A program made the position numbers and the translations under genes. Of a stretch of 32,000 bases of DNA, positions 18,464 through 28,049 are shown piece by piece (position 1 is the first letter of the stretch; every line of letters starts with the position of its first letter). The DNA lies in NCBI GenBank assembly GCA_000091165.1, contig FP565575.1, positions 60,001 through 92,000 of the forward strand, written 5' to 3'. The notes beneath the pieces are model-generated. The model was not told the DNA's origin, ran no database searches, and worked only from the letters and a program-made list of their open reading frames with translations. Source of the stretch: Candidatus Methylomirabilis oxygeniifera. Its GTDB lineage: Bacteria > Methylomirabilota > Methylomirabilia > Methylomirabilales > Methylomirabilaceae.

Positions 18464-19839
18464 GCGCCACGCTGATACAGCTTACCTACTTCGCCGCGTC
18501 CGCACTGTTTATCCTGGGGTTGAAGGCCCTAGGCTCTCCGGAAACGGCTCGACGAGGCAATATCCTTGCTGCGGCGGGAATGTTTCTGGCTATCGTGGGG
18601 ACGCTTGTTCACCAGGATATTATCAGTTACGAATGGATTATCATCGGGATGATCATCGGATCGGCGATCGGGGCAGTGATGGCGATCTTCATGCCCATGA
18701 CAGCCATGCCCGAGCGGATTGCGCTCTCCCATGCATTCGGCGGATTGGCCGCTGCGTTTGTCGGGGTGTCCGAATATTACCGCCAGGGCGCAGAGATGGA
18801 ACTCATCCACACCGTGCCTGTCGGTTTTGAGGTCATCTTCGGGGCCTTGACCTTCACGGGTAGTCTGATGGCCTTTGGGAAGCTGTCGGGGTGGGTGACC
18901 CAGGTTCCAGTGACGTATAAGTTTCAGAACCAATCGAATCTCTCCCTGTTTGGCATTGTACTGGCGCTCTACATCGCATGGCTGTTTACTCCAGCCTATC
19001 CCATTTTATTTTACATCATGCTGGGGCTGGCCTTCCTGATTGGCGTGCTCATGGTGCTTCCAATCGGCGGGGCGGATATGCCGGTTGTCATCTGCCTGTT
19101 GAACTCGTATGCCGGCCTGGCTGCGTCGGCCACAGGATTCGTCCTGTCGAACAACATCTTGATTATTGCCGGCTCCCTTGATGGAGCCTCCGGTCTCATC
19201 CTGTCGATTATGATGAGCAAGGCGATGAACCGTTCCTTCTCGAATGTGCTCTTCGGAGCCTTCGGCTCAGTGGCTGAGACAGCCCCAGGGGCTGCTGCGA
19301 CCGCCGGCGGCAGTGTCAATGAGGGCACGATCGACGATTCGGTGACCGTCCTACGAAACGCGCAACGGGTCATCGTCGTTCCAGGCTACGGAATGGCGGT
19401 ATCCCAGGCCCAGCACGCCCTGCGAGAGTTGGCCGACCTGCTGGACTCGGACGGCACTACAGTGAAGTACGCGATTCACCCGGTGGCGGGCCGCATGCCG
19501 GGCCATATGAATGTGCTCCTGGCTGAGGCGAACGTGCCGTACGACCAGATCTTCGACCTTGAGGACATCAATGACGAGTTTCCTAAGACAGACGCGGTGA
19601 TTGTCATCGGCGCGAACGACGTCGTCAATCCTGCTGCGAAGACGAACCCGTCAAGTCCGATTTACGGGATGCCGGTCCTGAATGTGGAGGAGGCGCGTAC
19701 GGTCATTGTACTCAAACGCAGCATGGGCGCCGGCTTTGCAGGCATCGACAATGAGCTCTTCGGGCTGCCCAATACCATGATGGTGTTCGGAGACGCGAAG
19801 CAGACGGTCACAAAGATGGTGCAGGCGCTCAAGAATTAA
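18460..19839 (+). CDS. pntB: NAD(P) transhydrogenase subunit beta
   Basis: N-terminal multi-TM region, then VPGYGMAVSQAQHALRELADLL, HPVAGRMPGHMNVLLAEANVPYD, GANDVVNPAA and VLKRSMGAGFAGIDNELF. Confidence 0.96.
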   Translation: MSATLIQLTYFAASALFILGLKALGSPETARRGNILAAAGMFLAIVGTLVHQDIISYEWIIIGMIIGSAIGAVMAIFMPMTAMPERIALSHAFGGLAAAFVGVSEYYRQGAEMELIHTVPVGFEVIFGALTFTGSLMAFGKLSGWVTQVPVTYKFQNQSNLSLFGIVLALYIAWLFTPAYPILFYIMLGLAFLIGVLMVLPIGGADMPVVICLLNSYAGLAASATGFVLSNNILIIAGSLDGASGLILSIMMSKAMNRSFSNVLFGAFGSVAETAPGAAATAGGSVNEGTIDDSVTVLRNAQRVIVVPGYGMAVSQAQHALRELADLLDSDGTTVKYAIHPVAGRMPGHMNVLLAEANVPYDQIFDLEDINDEFPKTDAVIVIGANDVVNPAAKTNPSSPIYGMPVLNVEEARTVIVLKRSMGAGFAGIDNELFGLPNTMMVFGDAKQTVTKMVQALKN

Positions 19840-19963
19840 GACGTGAGCAACCGTCGTCGCAGATAACCGGATCCTGCACGCATACCTATCCCAGGATGAG
19901 ACAGCACCCGCACGCCGCATAACCTGCTGTTGTTTACTCCCGCCTCGGTAGAAAGAGGAATCG

Positions 19964-21118
19964 GTGGATATTCTGATCGTGGGAGTCAGTGCGCGCGGCT
20001 TGGCGGAGTCGGCGGTTCGGAGCGGATTGCGGCATCGGATCGTTGCGGTCGACTACTTCGGAGATTTCGATCTGGGACTGCTCTGCTCCCACCGCTCGAT
20101 TAAGACCGACCTGAACCTTCCGTACGATCCCCACCGCCTGATTACCGCATCGTCCGGCCTGACGTGGGACGCCCTTGCCTATGCCGCCAACCTGGAAAAC
20201 TTTCCATCAGTGATTGAGACAATAGCCGGAGGGAAGCCGATCCTGGGTAATGGCCCAGCGGTCCTGTCATCGGTGAGAGACCCCGCCAGATTCTTCGAGT
20301 TCCTTAGGCAAGCCGGCATTCCTGCACCGAAGATCGCCTTTGATTCTCAACCCCTCAACCTCCATTCCGACACCCTCTGGTTGCGCAAACCGCTTCGAAG
20401 CGGGGGTGGCCATGGAATCGCCGTTCACCTGCCTGAGGATCGCCTTGCCCCGGATTGTTTCCTGCAGGAGTACCTGGACGGCCTGCCATGTGGCGCGGTG
20501 TTCGCGGCGGATGGCTGGGATGCGTGTCTGCTGGGTGTCTCCGAGCAACTTATCGGTACGAAAGCGTTGGGGACGGACGGCTTTCACTACTGCGGGAGTA
20601 TTCTCGGACCTATAGAGGTGGGTCGGGTTGAATGGATCGACCTCGTCGAGCGCATAAGACAGATTGTTCGCGCCATTACCCGAGAGTTTCATCTTGTCGG
20701 CGTCAATGGAATCGATTTTATCTTCAAGGAGAAGGCTGTCTATCCGATTGAGGTCAACCCCCGTTACACCGCCTCGATGGAGCTGGTCGAACGAGCCTAC
20801 GGTGTGAATATCTTTAAGACACATCTCGACGCCTGCCGGGGGAGACTTCCCGACTTTGACCTCACCGCATACCTCGACGCAGGTTACTTCGGTAAGGCCA
20901 TTTGTTTTGCGTCGCGAGCCCTGATCTTCCATGATCCACGGCGGTGGTTCGATCGGGGTGCTCGAGATGTGCCGCTCGAAGGGGGGCAGATCGCGCAGGG
21001 GAAGCCGATTTGTACCGTCTTCTCGCGTGGACAAAGCCGATCGGCATGCTACAATCAGCTCACCTGTGCCGCCGCCGAAATAGAGCAAGGACGTTCGGAC
21101 GCTACGATAACGGTATGA
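19964..21118 (+). CDS. ATP-grasp family protein (GTG start). It resembles ATP-grasp proteins found in C1/pterin cofactor gene sets; substrate unassigned
   Basis: MDILIVGVSARGLAESAVRSG (Rossmann-like N-domain), DPARFFEFLRQAGIPAPK, LRKPLRSGGGHGIAVH (ATP-grasp lysine/glycine loop) and VGVNGIDFIFKEKAVYPIEVNPRYTASMELVERA. Confidence 0.8.
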   Translation: MDILIVGVSARGLAESAVRSGLRHRIVAVDYFGDFDLGLLCSHRSIKTDLNLPYDPHRLITASSGLTWDALAYAANLENFPSVIETIAGGKPILGNGPAVLSSVRDPARFFEFLRQAGIPAPKIAFDSQPLNLHSDTLWLRKPLRSGGGHGIAVHLPEDRLAPDCFLQEYLDGLPCGAVFAADGWDACLLGVSEQLIGTKALGTDGFHYCGSILGPIEVGRVEWIDLVERIRQIVRAITREFHLVGVNGIDFIFKEKAVYPIEVNPRYTASMELVERAYGVNIFKTHLDACRGRLPDFDLTAYLDAGYFGKAICFASRALIFHDPRRWFDRGARDVPLEGGQIAQGKPICTVFSRGQSRSACYNQLTCAAAEIEQGRSDATITV

Positions 21119-22422
21119 CAAAACAGACGACCAACGACCAGCGCCTTTTCGCATCATCGGTTACCCGCCGTTTTCTCAGACAGGACGGCCCGCTTCATAT
21201 GAAGGGTGGAGAGATGTGGATCGAAGGCCTGTCCTGCCGGGAAATGGCCAAGCCGCTCGGTACGCCGCTCCTGATTTATTCGTCGGCGCGCGTGCGCGAC
21301 AATATCGCAGCGGTTGCCGCCGCCGCCGAAGCGTCCCCATGGCCGGTCCGCATCCACTTTGCCCTGAAGGCATGCTATCTGGCCGGAGTGGTGTCGCTCC
21401 TGCAGCAGGCCGGGTTGAATGTCGAAGTGATGTCCGAATATGAATACGTGCTGGCGAGACGGATCGGTTTTTCGCCGAACCAGGTGATCGTCAACGGTCC
21501 GGCAAAGCGACCGGAATTTCTGGAGCGCGCAGTCATCGATGGGGTGGCGCTAATCAATGTCGAGTCGCTGTCGGAGATGACGTTTCTCCAGGGACTGGGC
21601 CAACGGCTTGGGAGGATCATTGAGGTGGGCATCAGGATCAACCCTCTCCTGTCGCAGCGCCTCCGGGGTCCGTTTACCCCTCCCGGATCAAAATTCGGCT
21701 TTGATGTGCCAAGCGGTGAGGCGGCGGCGGCGGTCAAGCGGATTGCACGATCACGATCCCTCTCGCTTCAGGCGGTGCATTGCCACGGCTACACCAGGCA
21801 ATACAGGCCGGATGCGCATCGGGCCCAGGTGGCCGCAGTCGTGAAGTTTCTTCGGGGAGTGGAAGCCGATCTTGGAATCCGGATTCCCGTCCTCGACTTC
21901 GGAGGCGGATTCGGCAGTCGCTATCTCATGGAGGCGCACGGGTGGACGTTCCAGCAGTTCATGCGTGAGATGTTGGATCCGCTTGCCGGCCTGCCTGGCG
22001 ACCGGCAGGTCATCATTGAGCCCGGGCGATATCTGGTCAACGACACTGCCGCATGCCTGACGAGCGTATTGACGTGCAAGCGGACAGTTCACAGACGCTG
22101 GGTCCTGGTGGATACGGGTCGGCATATCTTACCGCCTCGAGAGAACGCCGAATATGTTGTCATGCCGTGTCAGGCTTCACCGGGGCGAACCGTGTATCAT
22201 GTCGGCGATTTTCTCTGTGTGCCGTCGGAGCCTGTTCCGCTCTCGGTAGTCGGCGGGGTGATGAGGCCTGGCGATCTGCTCGCGGTGTTCAACGCCGGAG
22301 CCTACACCTTTTCTATGGCCCAGAACTTTGGAGAGCCGATCCCCAATGCGATCCTGGTCGACAAGGGTGAGTGGCGTTGGTTGTTTAAGAAGCGATCCGT
22401 TGAAGAGCAATTCATGAGATAA
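21115..22422 (+). CDS. Fold type III PLP-dependent decarboxylase (LysA/ornithine decarboxylase superfamily), non-canonical specificity
   Basis: IHFALKACYLAGV (PLP lysine), FGGGFGSRY and IIEPGRYLVNDTA. Starts with an ATGA overlap on the ATP-grasp gene. Confidence 0.85.
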   Translation: MTKQTTNDQRLFASSVTRRFLRQDGPLHMKGGEMWIEGLSCREMAKPLGTPLLIYSSARVRDNIAAVAAAAEASPWPVRIHFALKACYLAGVVSLLQQAGLNVEVMSEYEYVLARRIGFSPNQVIVNGPAKRPEFLERAVIDGVALINVESLSEMTFLQGLGQRLGRIIEVGIRINPLLSQRLRGPFTPPGSKFGFDVPSGEAAAAVKRIARSRSLSLQAVHCHGYTRQYRPDAHRAQVAAVVKFLRGVEADLGIRIPVLDFGGGFGSRYLMEAHGWTFQQFMREMLDPLAGLPGDRQVIIEPGRYLVNDTAACLTSVLTCKRTVHRRWVLVDTGRHILPPRENAEYVVMPCQASPGRTVYHVGDFLCVPSEPVPLSVVGGVMRPGDLLAVFNAGAYTFSMAQNFGEPIPNAILVDKGEWRWLFKKRSVEEQFMR

Positions 22423-22540
22423 GGTAGCAGGGATGGTCGCGCCGAGAGGCGGAAGCGTGACGACTTCTGTCGTACCTGAACATCCATGGGCCGATCGATC
22501 GCCTACACAAGATCCGAAAGCGTCCGATTTTTGACGTTAT

Positions 22541-22574
22541 GGGGCAAATCACCCACGTCAGGGTGTTATGCCCC
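22541..22574 (+). promoter_or_regulatory. Strong nested inverted repeat: terminator-like element or regulator dyad
   Basis: GGGGCA-AAT-CACCC-ACGTCA-GGGTG-TTA-TGCCCC, centred ~123 nt upstream of the -24 element of the receptor promoter. Confidence 0.45.
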
Positions 22575-22678
22575 CATTCCCCACCTTGTCGCAGTGAGTT
22601 GGTCTGGCAGTACCCCACATTCATACCCTGCTCACCCAACAAATACAATGAGTTACATTGTTTAGCTCCGAGAGCGGT

Positions 22679-22694
22679 TGGCACTGAATGTGCA
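22679..22694 (+). promoter_or_regulatory. Candidate sigma54 (-24/-12) promoter for TonB receptor 1
   Basis: TGGCACTGAATGTGCA against consensus TGGCACGNNNNTTGCW. GG and GC are correctly spaced, 70 nt before the ATG. Confidence 0.7.
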
Positions 22695-22763
22695 CACTTC
22701 ATCCCCTTTTCACGATAGTTCTGTATCCTTACAGGAGTCGGAATAGTCCCCATTGGAGGAGGA

Positions 22764-24941
22764 ATGACGTTGGCAGGCAGAGCTGAACTTGGGTTACGTA
22801 GAATCATTATTGCTGTTGTCTGGCTTGTCATTATCGGTGCCATCGGACGATTCGCTGCAGTTGCGTGGGGGGCCGACGCCGACTCGCCACCGCCCACTAT
22901 TTCCGAGGAGGCGGTTCGTCTCGATCCGGTGGTCGTCTCTGCCGGCCGGATTGAGCAGCGGCTACGGGACGTCCCGGCCAATGTGACGGTCATCACCCGA
23001 GAGGAGATCGCGCAATCGCCGGCCAGGACGGTAGACGATCTGCTGCGGCAGATCCCCGGGTTCAGTCTGTTTCGTCGCAGCAGCAGCCTGGTCACCCATC
23101 CAACGACGCAGGGGGTGTCGCTTCGCGGGATCGGGCCAAGCGGCGTGAGTCGGACGCTGGTATTGCTGGATGGAGTTCCGCTCAACGATCCGTTCGGCGG
23201 CTGGGTCTACTGGAGCAAGGTGCCGCTGGAAAGTGTCGAGCAGATTGAGGTGGCGCGTGGCGGCGGGTCCGGCGTCTGGGGCAACTATGCGCTGGGTGGC
23301 GTCATCAACATTATCACTAAGCGGCCGGAGGCGCGGGTTGCCCAACTCAAGGTTGATGGCGGCACGCGCAATACCGTCGATACCGACCTGCTGGTGAGTC
23401 ACGTGACCGGACCCTGGGGTATCTCTCTTGAAGGCAGCTTCTTTGATACTGACGGCTATAAGATCGTCAAGAAGAGTCAGCGGGGGACGATCGATGTCGA
23501 TGCCGACTCCAGTCATAAGACCTTTAATGGTCGACTGGAATACACGCCTTCCCCGACCTCATCGCTCTTTCTCGCCGGTACCTTCTTTCGGGAGGATCGC
23601 GGCAACGGGACCCCGCTTCAAAACAATGAGACCGAGACCGGCTATGTAGCAACCGGAGGCCGGATGAAGACCGCCGATGGCAGCGACTGGCAACTCACGG
23701 CCTTCTCTCACCTGCAGACGTTTAACAGTACCTTCACCTCTGCGTCTGCCGATCGGAACTCGGAAACCCCCGCACTTGATCAGTTCGACGTCCCCTCAAC
23801 GGATGCCGGGGCCAACCTGCAGTGGTCGAAGCGGATCCTCCAGTCACATCTGCTCACGGCGGGAACCGATGTGAGATGGATCGACGGAGAAACGAACGAA
23901 TACTTCACATTCAATCAAACCTTAAAAGATTTTACCGGACGACGGAAGGCTGGAGGGGAGCAGTTCTTGGCAGGCGCCTACATTCAGGATATTTTCACCC
24001 CTGCGCCCGGATGGCAGATTACTGTTGCCGGCCGGTTCGACTCGTGGCAGAGTTTCAATGCTTCACGCGTTCAGCGGAACAAACAAACCGGGGCGATCAC
24101 TCGGAATAGTCAGTTTGACGATCGGGACGAATTTGCCTTCAGTCCCAAGGTGGCGCTCTTGTACCATGCCACCGATCAACTCTCGCTGCGAAGCTCGTTC
24201 TACAAAGGGTTTCGAGCGCCGACCATCAATGAGCAGTTTCGGCCATTCAGAGTCCGGAACGACATTACTGAAGCCAACGAAAAGCTTGATCCGGAACGGC
24301 TGATTGGAGGGGAGGTCGGGTTCGACTATACCATGATGCGTAACCTTCTCGGTCGATTTACCGCCTTTTGGAACGAGGTCAAGGACCCTATTGTCAATGT
24401 CACCAAGGGGATCGGTCAAGGAGCCGTCATGGAGCCTTGTGGCTTTGTCCCGGTCGGCGGTGTCTGTCGCCAGCGGGACAACCTGGACCGGACGCGGATC
24501 AGGGGGATCGAGGCCGAACTCGAATATCATCCGCTGCCGCGCTGGGCCGTTTCAGGCAGTTATCTGTATAACCATACTGAGGTCTTGAGCGCCAAGAACC
24601 AACCGGAATTAGAGGGAAAATGGATTGCTCAGGTCCCGAGACATCAGTTCACTTTGAAGTTGGGCTACACCAATCCGTCCCTCGTGAACTTTTCCATTCA
24701 GGGGCGGTTTATCGAGGATCAGTTCGAGGATGACCTCAACACGCTGAAGCTCGGCGACTACTTCGTAGTGGACCTTATGGTGTGGCGGCCGATCCCCCTC
24801 CCGAAGGTGTCTGCAGGAGAAATCTTCTTTGCGGTAGAGAACCTCTTCGACCGGACGTACGAGGTTGCCAAGACGGCCGACGGCATCGTTACCACCGGCA
24901 CCCCTGTGCTGGTCCACGGCGGCGTAAGGGTACGGTTTTGA
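22764..24941 (+). CDS. TonB-dependent outer-membrane receptor 1 (BtuB-like)
   Basis: Signal region; plug domain DVPANVTVITREEIAQSPARTVDDLLRQIPG...GVWGNYALGGVINIITKRP; barrel motif GFRAPTINEQFRPFR; C-terminal VHGGVRVRF ending in F. Confidence 0.92.
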   Translation: MTLAGRAELGLRRIIIAVVWLVIIGAIGRFAAVAWGADADSPPPTISEEAVRLDPVVVSAGRIEQRLRDVPANVTVITREEIAQSPARTVDDLLRQIPGFSLFRRSSSLVTHPTTQGVSLRGIGPSGVSRTLVLLDGVPLNDPFGGWVYWSKVPLESVEQIEVARGGGSGVWGNYALGGVINIITKRPEARVAQLKVDGGTRNTVDTDLLVSHVTGPWGISLEGSFFDTDGYKIVKKSQRGTIDVDADSSHKTFNGRLEYTPSPTSSLFLAGTFFREDRGNGTPLQNNETETGYVATGGRMKTADGSDWQLTAFSHLQTFNSTFTSASADRNSETPALDQFDVPSTDAGANLQWSKRILQSHLLTAGTDVRWIDGETNEYFTFNQTLKDFTGRRKAGGEQFLAGAYIQDIFTPAPGWQITVAGRFDSWQSFNASRVQRNKQTGAITRNSQFDDRDEFAFSPKVALLYHATDQLSLRSSFYKGFRAPTINEQFRPFRVRNDITEANEKLDPERLIGGEVGFDYTMMRNLLGRFTAFWNEVKDPIVNVTKGIGQGAVMEPCGFVPVGGVCRQRDNLDRTRIRGIEAELEYHPLPRWAVSGSYLYNHTEVLSAKNQPELEGKWIAQVPRHQFTLKLGYTNPSLVNFSIQGRFIEDQFEDDLNTLKLGDYFVVDLMVWRPIPLPKVSAGEIFFAVENLFDRTYEVAKTADGIVTTGTPVLVHGGVRVRF

Positions 24942-24946
24942 AGGAA

Positions 24947-24998
24947 GCTCTCAGCGTTCAGCTTTCAGTAGGAGCGTTTTGGCTGAGAGCCGAAAGCT
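24947..24998 (+). repeat. Heptad fold-back element between TonB receptor 1 and kinase 1
   Basis: Left arm has TCAGC at 7-nt spacing (TCAGCGT TCAGCTT TCAG). GCTCTCAGC (24947-24955) pairs with GCTGAGAGC (24982-24990). AGCTTTC (24960-24966) pairs with GAAAGCT (24992-24998). Confidence 0.55.
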
Positions 24999-25009
24999 AG
25001 TCCCATTCC

Positions 25010-26488
25010 ATGTTGATCCGCACAAAACTCCACATCGGGTATCTGGTCATTTTTACCCTGGTGGTCTGCATCGGGCTTGTCATGGTGTGGGCGCTTCGGA
25101 GCTGGGAGGCGGCGGTACAGGATCTGACCGTCTCCCATGCGCAAGGCCTGAGGGCCGAGCGGCTGCGAGGCGATTTGTATCGGCAGATCAAGGAGATCCT
25201 CGATCGGTTCGTGAGTGGGGATCGATCGGCTCGAGGGGAGTTCGAGAGCCTGGGAGTGATGGTGGAGGGGGAGTTGGCGGACCTTCAACGGTACTCCCAG
25301 TTGAAAGCCGAGCAGGATCGGATTCGGGAACTCGAGGCGGCGCACCGGCAGGTCACGAAGCTCGTGAGAGAGATTTTTGAACTCCTCGAGAACGGGGCTC
25401 GTGAGCAGGCCATCCAGCGGGTCGAACGGGAGCTGGAACAGGTTGCGTTTACACGCCAGGACGAACAGATTGATCGGTTACGGGCCTACTACGACGCAGC
25501 CGCACAGCAGTCGATGCAACGGACCCGCGCCGTCGCGACTCAGGGGGAACTACTGGCCGGTGTTGTCGTGCTGCTTGCACTCGCGTGGGGAGCCGGGTTG
25601 CTGTTTGGAACGCAACTATGGTTAGTCAAGCCTTTGCAAGCTATCGGTCGTGCGACCGCGATCATCAGCACCGGGGAACTGACTCATCGCCTTCATGTCA
25701 GCTCACAGGATGAGTTGGGTGATCTGGCGAACTCGATCAATCGCATGGCCCAGTCGCTGAAGGGAATTCAGGAGCGCGTGCTTCAAGCCGAACGATTAGC
25801 GGCGGCCGGTGAACTCTCTGCCTACGTTGCACACAATATCCGTAACCCATTGGCGAGTATCCGGTCTACTGCTCAGGCAGCCCTCACAGGATCGGACCAG
25901 TCCGCAGCGATTCGGCTCACGCTGCAGGGCGTTGTGGAGAGTGTGGATCGCCTGAACCAATGGGTACGTCATTTTCTCTTCGCCTTAAAACCGATTACGC
26001 CGACTCTTGCCTCGGCCGATTTAAACCGGGTGGTGGCACAGGCACTGGATGTTGTCCGCCCGACCATCGAAGGGAAGCGGATCAGCGTAGGGTTGAGCCT
26101 TGCCGAATCGCTGCCGCTCGTCCCGCTTGACGAAGGGTACTTTGAACAAGCCCTCATTGCCCTGCTGACCAATGCCTGCGAGGCGACGTCCCAGGAGGGG
26201 CGGATTGAAATCGCCTCCAGATTGATTTGCGACGGGGAGCGGCCGACAGGTGTGGCTGTTGAGCTGACCGACAATGGCGCAGGAATCCCCCCTGAGATGA
26301 TCGAGAAGGTCTTGACTCCATACTTTACGACGAAGAGTGACGGCGTGGGACTTGGCCTGACCATGGCCCAGAAGGTTGCCAGCGCTCACGGCGGGAGCCT
26401 CACCGTGTCGAACCGACAGGAGGGTGGGGCCGTCGTCCGGATCCTCCTTCCGCTGCCCCATTCTCAAGCCGCCGAACGCGATGGCTAG
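25010..26488 (+). CDS. Membrane sensor histidine kinase 1 (periplasmic helical region, HAMP, HisKA-like, HATPase)
   Basis: N-terminal TM, second TM (VVVLLALAWGAGLLFG), HAMP (KPLQAIGRATAIISTGELTHRLH...DELGDLANSINRM), H-box AHNIRNPLASI, and N/G boxes LLTNACEA, DNGAGIPPEM, TTKSDGVGLGLTMA. Confidence 0.93.
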   Translation: MLIRTKLHIGYLVIFTLVVCIGLVMVWALRSWEAAVQDLTVSHAQGLRAERLRGDLYRQIKEILDRFVSGDRSARGEFESLGVMVEGELADLQRYSQLKAEQDRIRELEAAHRQVTKLVREIFELLENGAREQAIQRVERELEQVAFTRQDEQIDRLRAYYDAAAQQSMQRTRAVATQGELLAGVVVLLALAWGAGLLFGTQLWLVKPLQAIGRATAIISTGELTHRLHVSSQDELGDLANSINRMAQSLKGIQERVLQAERLAAAGELSAYVAHNIRNPLASIRSTAQAALTGSDQSAAIRLTLQGVVESVDRLNQWVRHFLFALKPITPTLASADLNRVVAQALDVVRPTIEGKRISVGLSLAESLPLVPLDEGYFEQALIALLTNACEATSQEGRIEIASRLICDGERPTGVAVELTDNGAGIPPEMIEKVLTPYFTTKSDGVGLGLTMAQKVASAHGGSLTVSNRQEGGAVVRILLPLPHSQAAERDG

Positions 26489-27899
26489 AATCCTGATCAT
26501 TGACGACGAGGTCGTATTTGCTCGTTCCGTGGCGCACACCCTCGGCAGACATGGCTACGAGTGCAGAAGTCTTTCGAGCGCCGAGGAGGGGATCGCATCC
26601 CTTGAGGAGGAGCGGCCCGATCTGATCCTGCTGGACATCAGGCTGGCCGGCATGAGTGGGCTGGAGGCGCTGAGGAGGATCGTGAACCTCGACGGAAGCA
26701 TCGTCGTCATCATTATGACCGCCTATAGCAGTGTCGAGAGCGCCGTAGCCGCCATGAAGGATGGCGCATACGACTATATCCAGAAGCCGATCGATCACGA
26801 TGAGCTCACCTTTGTGATCGAAAAGGCGCTGGAGACCCGTCGCCTGAAGGAACGTCTCTCGTACTTTCAACGTAAAGAGATTCAGCAGGCCCACCAGTGC
26901 GAGATCATCGGTGTCTCCCCAAAGATGAAGCAGGCCATCGAGTTGATCGAGCGGATCGCACAGTTCGAGCCTAGGCCTGCGGGCGAGCTGCCCACAGTAC
27001 TCCTACTGGGAGAGACCGGGACAGGAAAGGATCTTGCGGCGCGGGCAATTCATCGTCGAGGCAGCCTCGCCGGACAGCCGTTCGTCGAGATTGACTGTAC
27101 ATCGATTCCGAAGGATCTCGCAGAGGCGGAGCTGTTCGGGTACGAGAAGGGCGCCTTCACGGGTGCCGCGGTTGCGAAGCCAGGTTTGATCGAGGCGGCG
27201 GACGGCGGGACGCTCTTTCTGGACGAGATCGGGGAACTGAGCCTGGATCTTCAGTCGAAACTGCTGAAGGCGATCGAACGAAGGCAGGTCCGACGGCTGG
27301 GGAGTCTCAGAGAGCGGAAGATCAATGTCCGCATCATTGCGGCTACCAACCGCAACCTCGAGGCGGAAGTCGGGACCGGCGCATTTCGCCAGGATCTGTA
27401 CTACCGTCTGAAAGTTCTTACCGTGAAGTTGCCGCCTTTGCGGGAACGCGATGATGACGTGATCCTGTTGGCCAACTACTTTCTGGAGCGACTGACCCAC
27501 AAGTATTCGCTCTGCGCAAGGCGATTTTCAGGTTCCGCCCTCCAAGCTCTTAGAAAGTACCGCTGGCCCGGCAATGTTCGCGAACTGGCGCACGTGGTCG
27601 AGCGGGTGCTTTTGGTCTGCGATGAAGAAGAGATTGGTCCCTCGGCTCTTGGTCTCGATACCTCCTTCCCTGTTATTGCGAGTCGAAGACAAAACAGTCC
27701 TGCCGGCGCCGATGAGGCGCTGGAGATACAGTTTCCCGAGCGGGGTATCGATCTGGAGGAGATCGAGCAACAATTAATCAGGCGAGCGCTTGATCTGACA
27801 GATGGCAATGTCACGGAAGCCGCCCGAAAACTGCACATCGGCCGCGAGGCGCTCCGCTATCGCATCCAGAAGTACGGGATCATTCGTCCTGTCTCGTGA
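26481..27899 (+). CDS. Sigma54-dependent NtrC-family response regulator (REC-AAA+-HTH_8)
   Basis: REC: MARILIIDDE...LILLDIRLAG. AAA+: GETGTGKD, ELFGYEKGAFTGAA and GGTLFLDEIGEL. C-terminal Fis-type HTH: GNVTEAARKLHIGREALRYRIQKYGI. Starts 8 nt before the kinase stop. Confidence 0.96.
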   Translation: MARILIIDDEVVFARSVAHTLGRHGYECRSLSSAEEGIASLEEERPDLILLDIRLAGMSGLEALRRIVNLDGSIVVIIMTAYSSVESAVAAMKDGAYDYIQKPIDHDELTFVIEKALETRRLKERLSYFQRKEIQQAHQCEIIGVSPKMKQAIELIERIAQFEPRPAGELPTVLLLGETGTGKDLAARAIHRRGSLAGQPFVEIDCTSIPKDLAEAELFGYEKGAFTGAAVAKPGLIEAADGGTLFLDEIGELSLDLQSKLLKAIERRQVRRLGSLRERKINVRIIAATNRNLEAEVGTGAFRQDLYYRLKVLTVKLPPLRERDDDVILLANYFLERLTHKYSLCARRFSGSALQALRKYRWPGNVRELAHVVERVLLVCDEEEIGPSALGLDTSFPVIASRRQNSPAGADEALEIQFPERGIDLEEIEQQLIRRALDLTDGNVTEAARKLHIGREALRYRIQKYGIIRPVS

Positions 27900-27931
27900 G
27901 TCGAGCGAAGCAAGACAGCCTGCAATTGGTC

Positions 27932-27962
27932 GGTTGAAATCAACCACCGGTTGAATTCAACC
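27932..27962. promoter_or_regulatory. Tandem palindromes, candidate enhancer/UAS for an NtrC-type regulator
   Basis: GGTTGAAATCAACC (27932-27945) and the perfect palindrome GGTTGAATTCAACC (27949-27962). Centres are 17 bp apart, ~100 bp upstream of the -24 element at 28051. Confidence 0.65.
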
Positions 27963-28049
27963 AGCTCCCGTTACTCAGAATTTGCTTGCAGCATCAGACT
28001 CACCCCCGTCATTTCAAGCGCTTAGCCGTTTCGTGGTTCTACAGCTACC

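Noticed and set aside
22412-23185. 257-aa minus-strand ORF spanning the receptor 1 promoter region
   Set aside because: It overlaps the sigma54 promoter and the receptor 5' coding region. No motif, and it contains a Pro/Met-rich segment that does not resemble a protein family.
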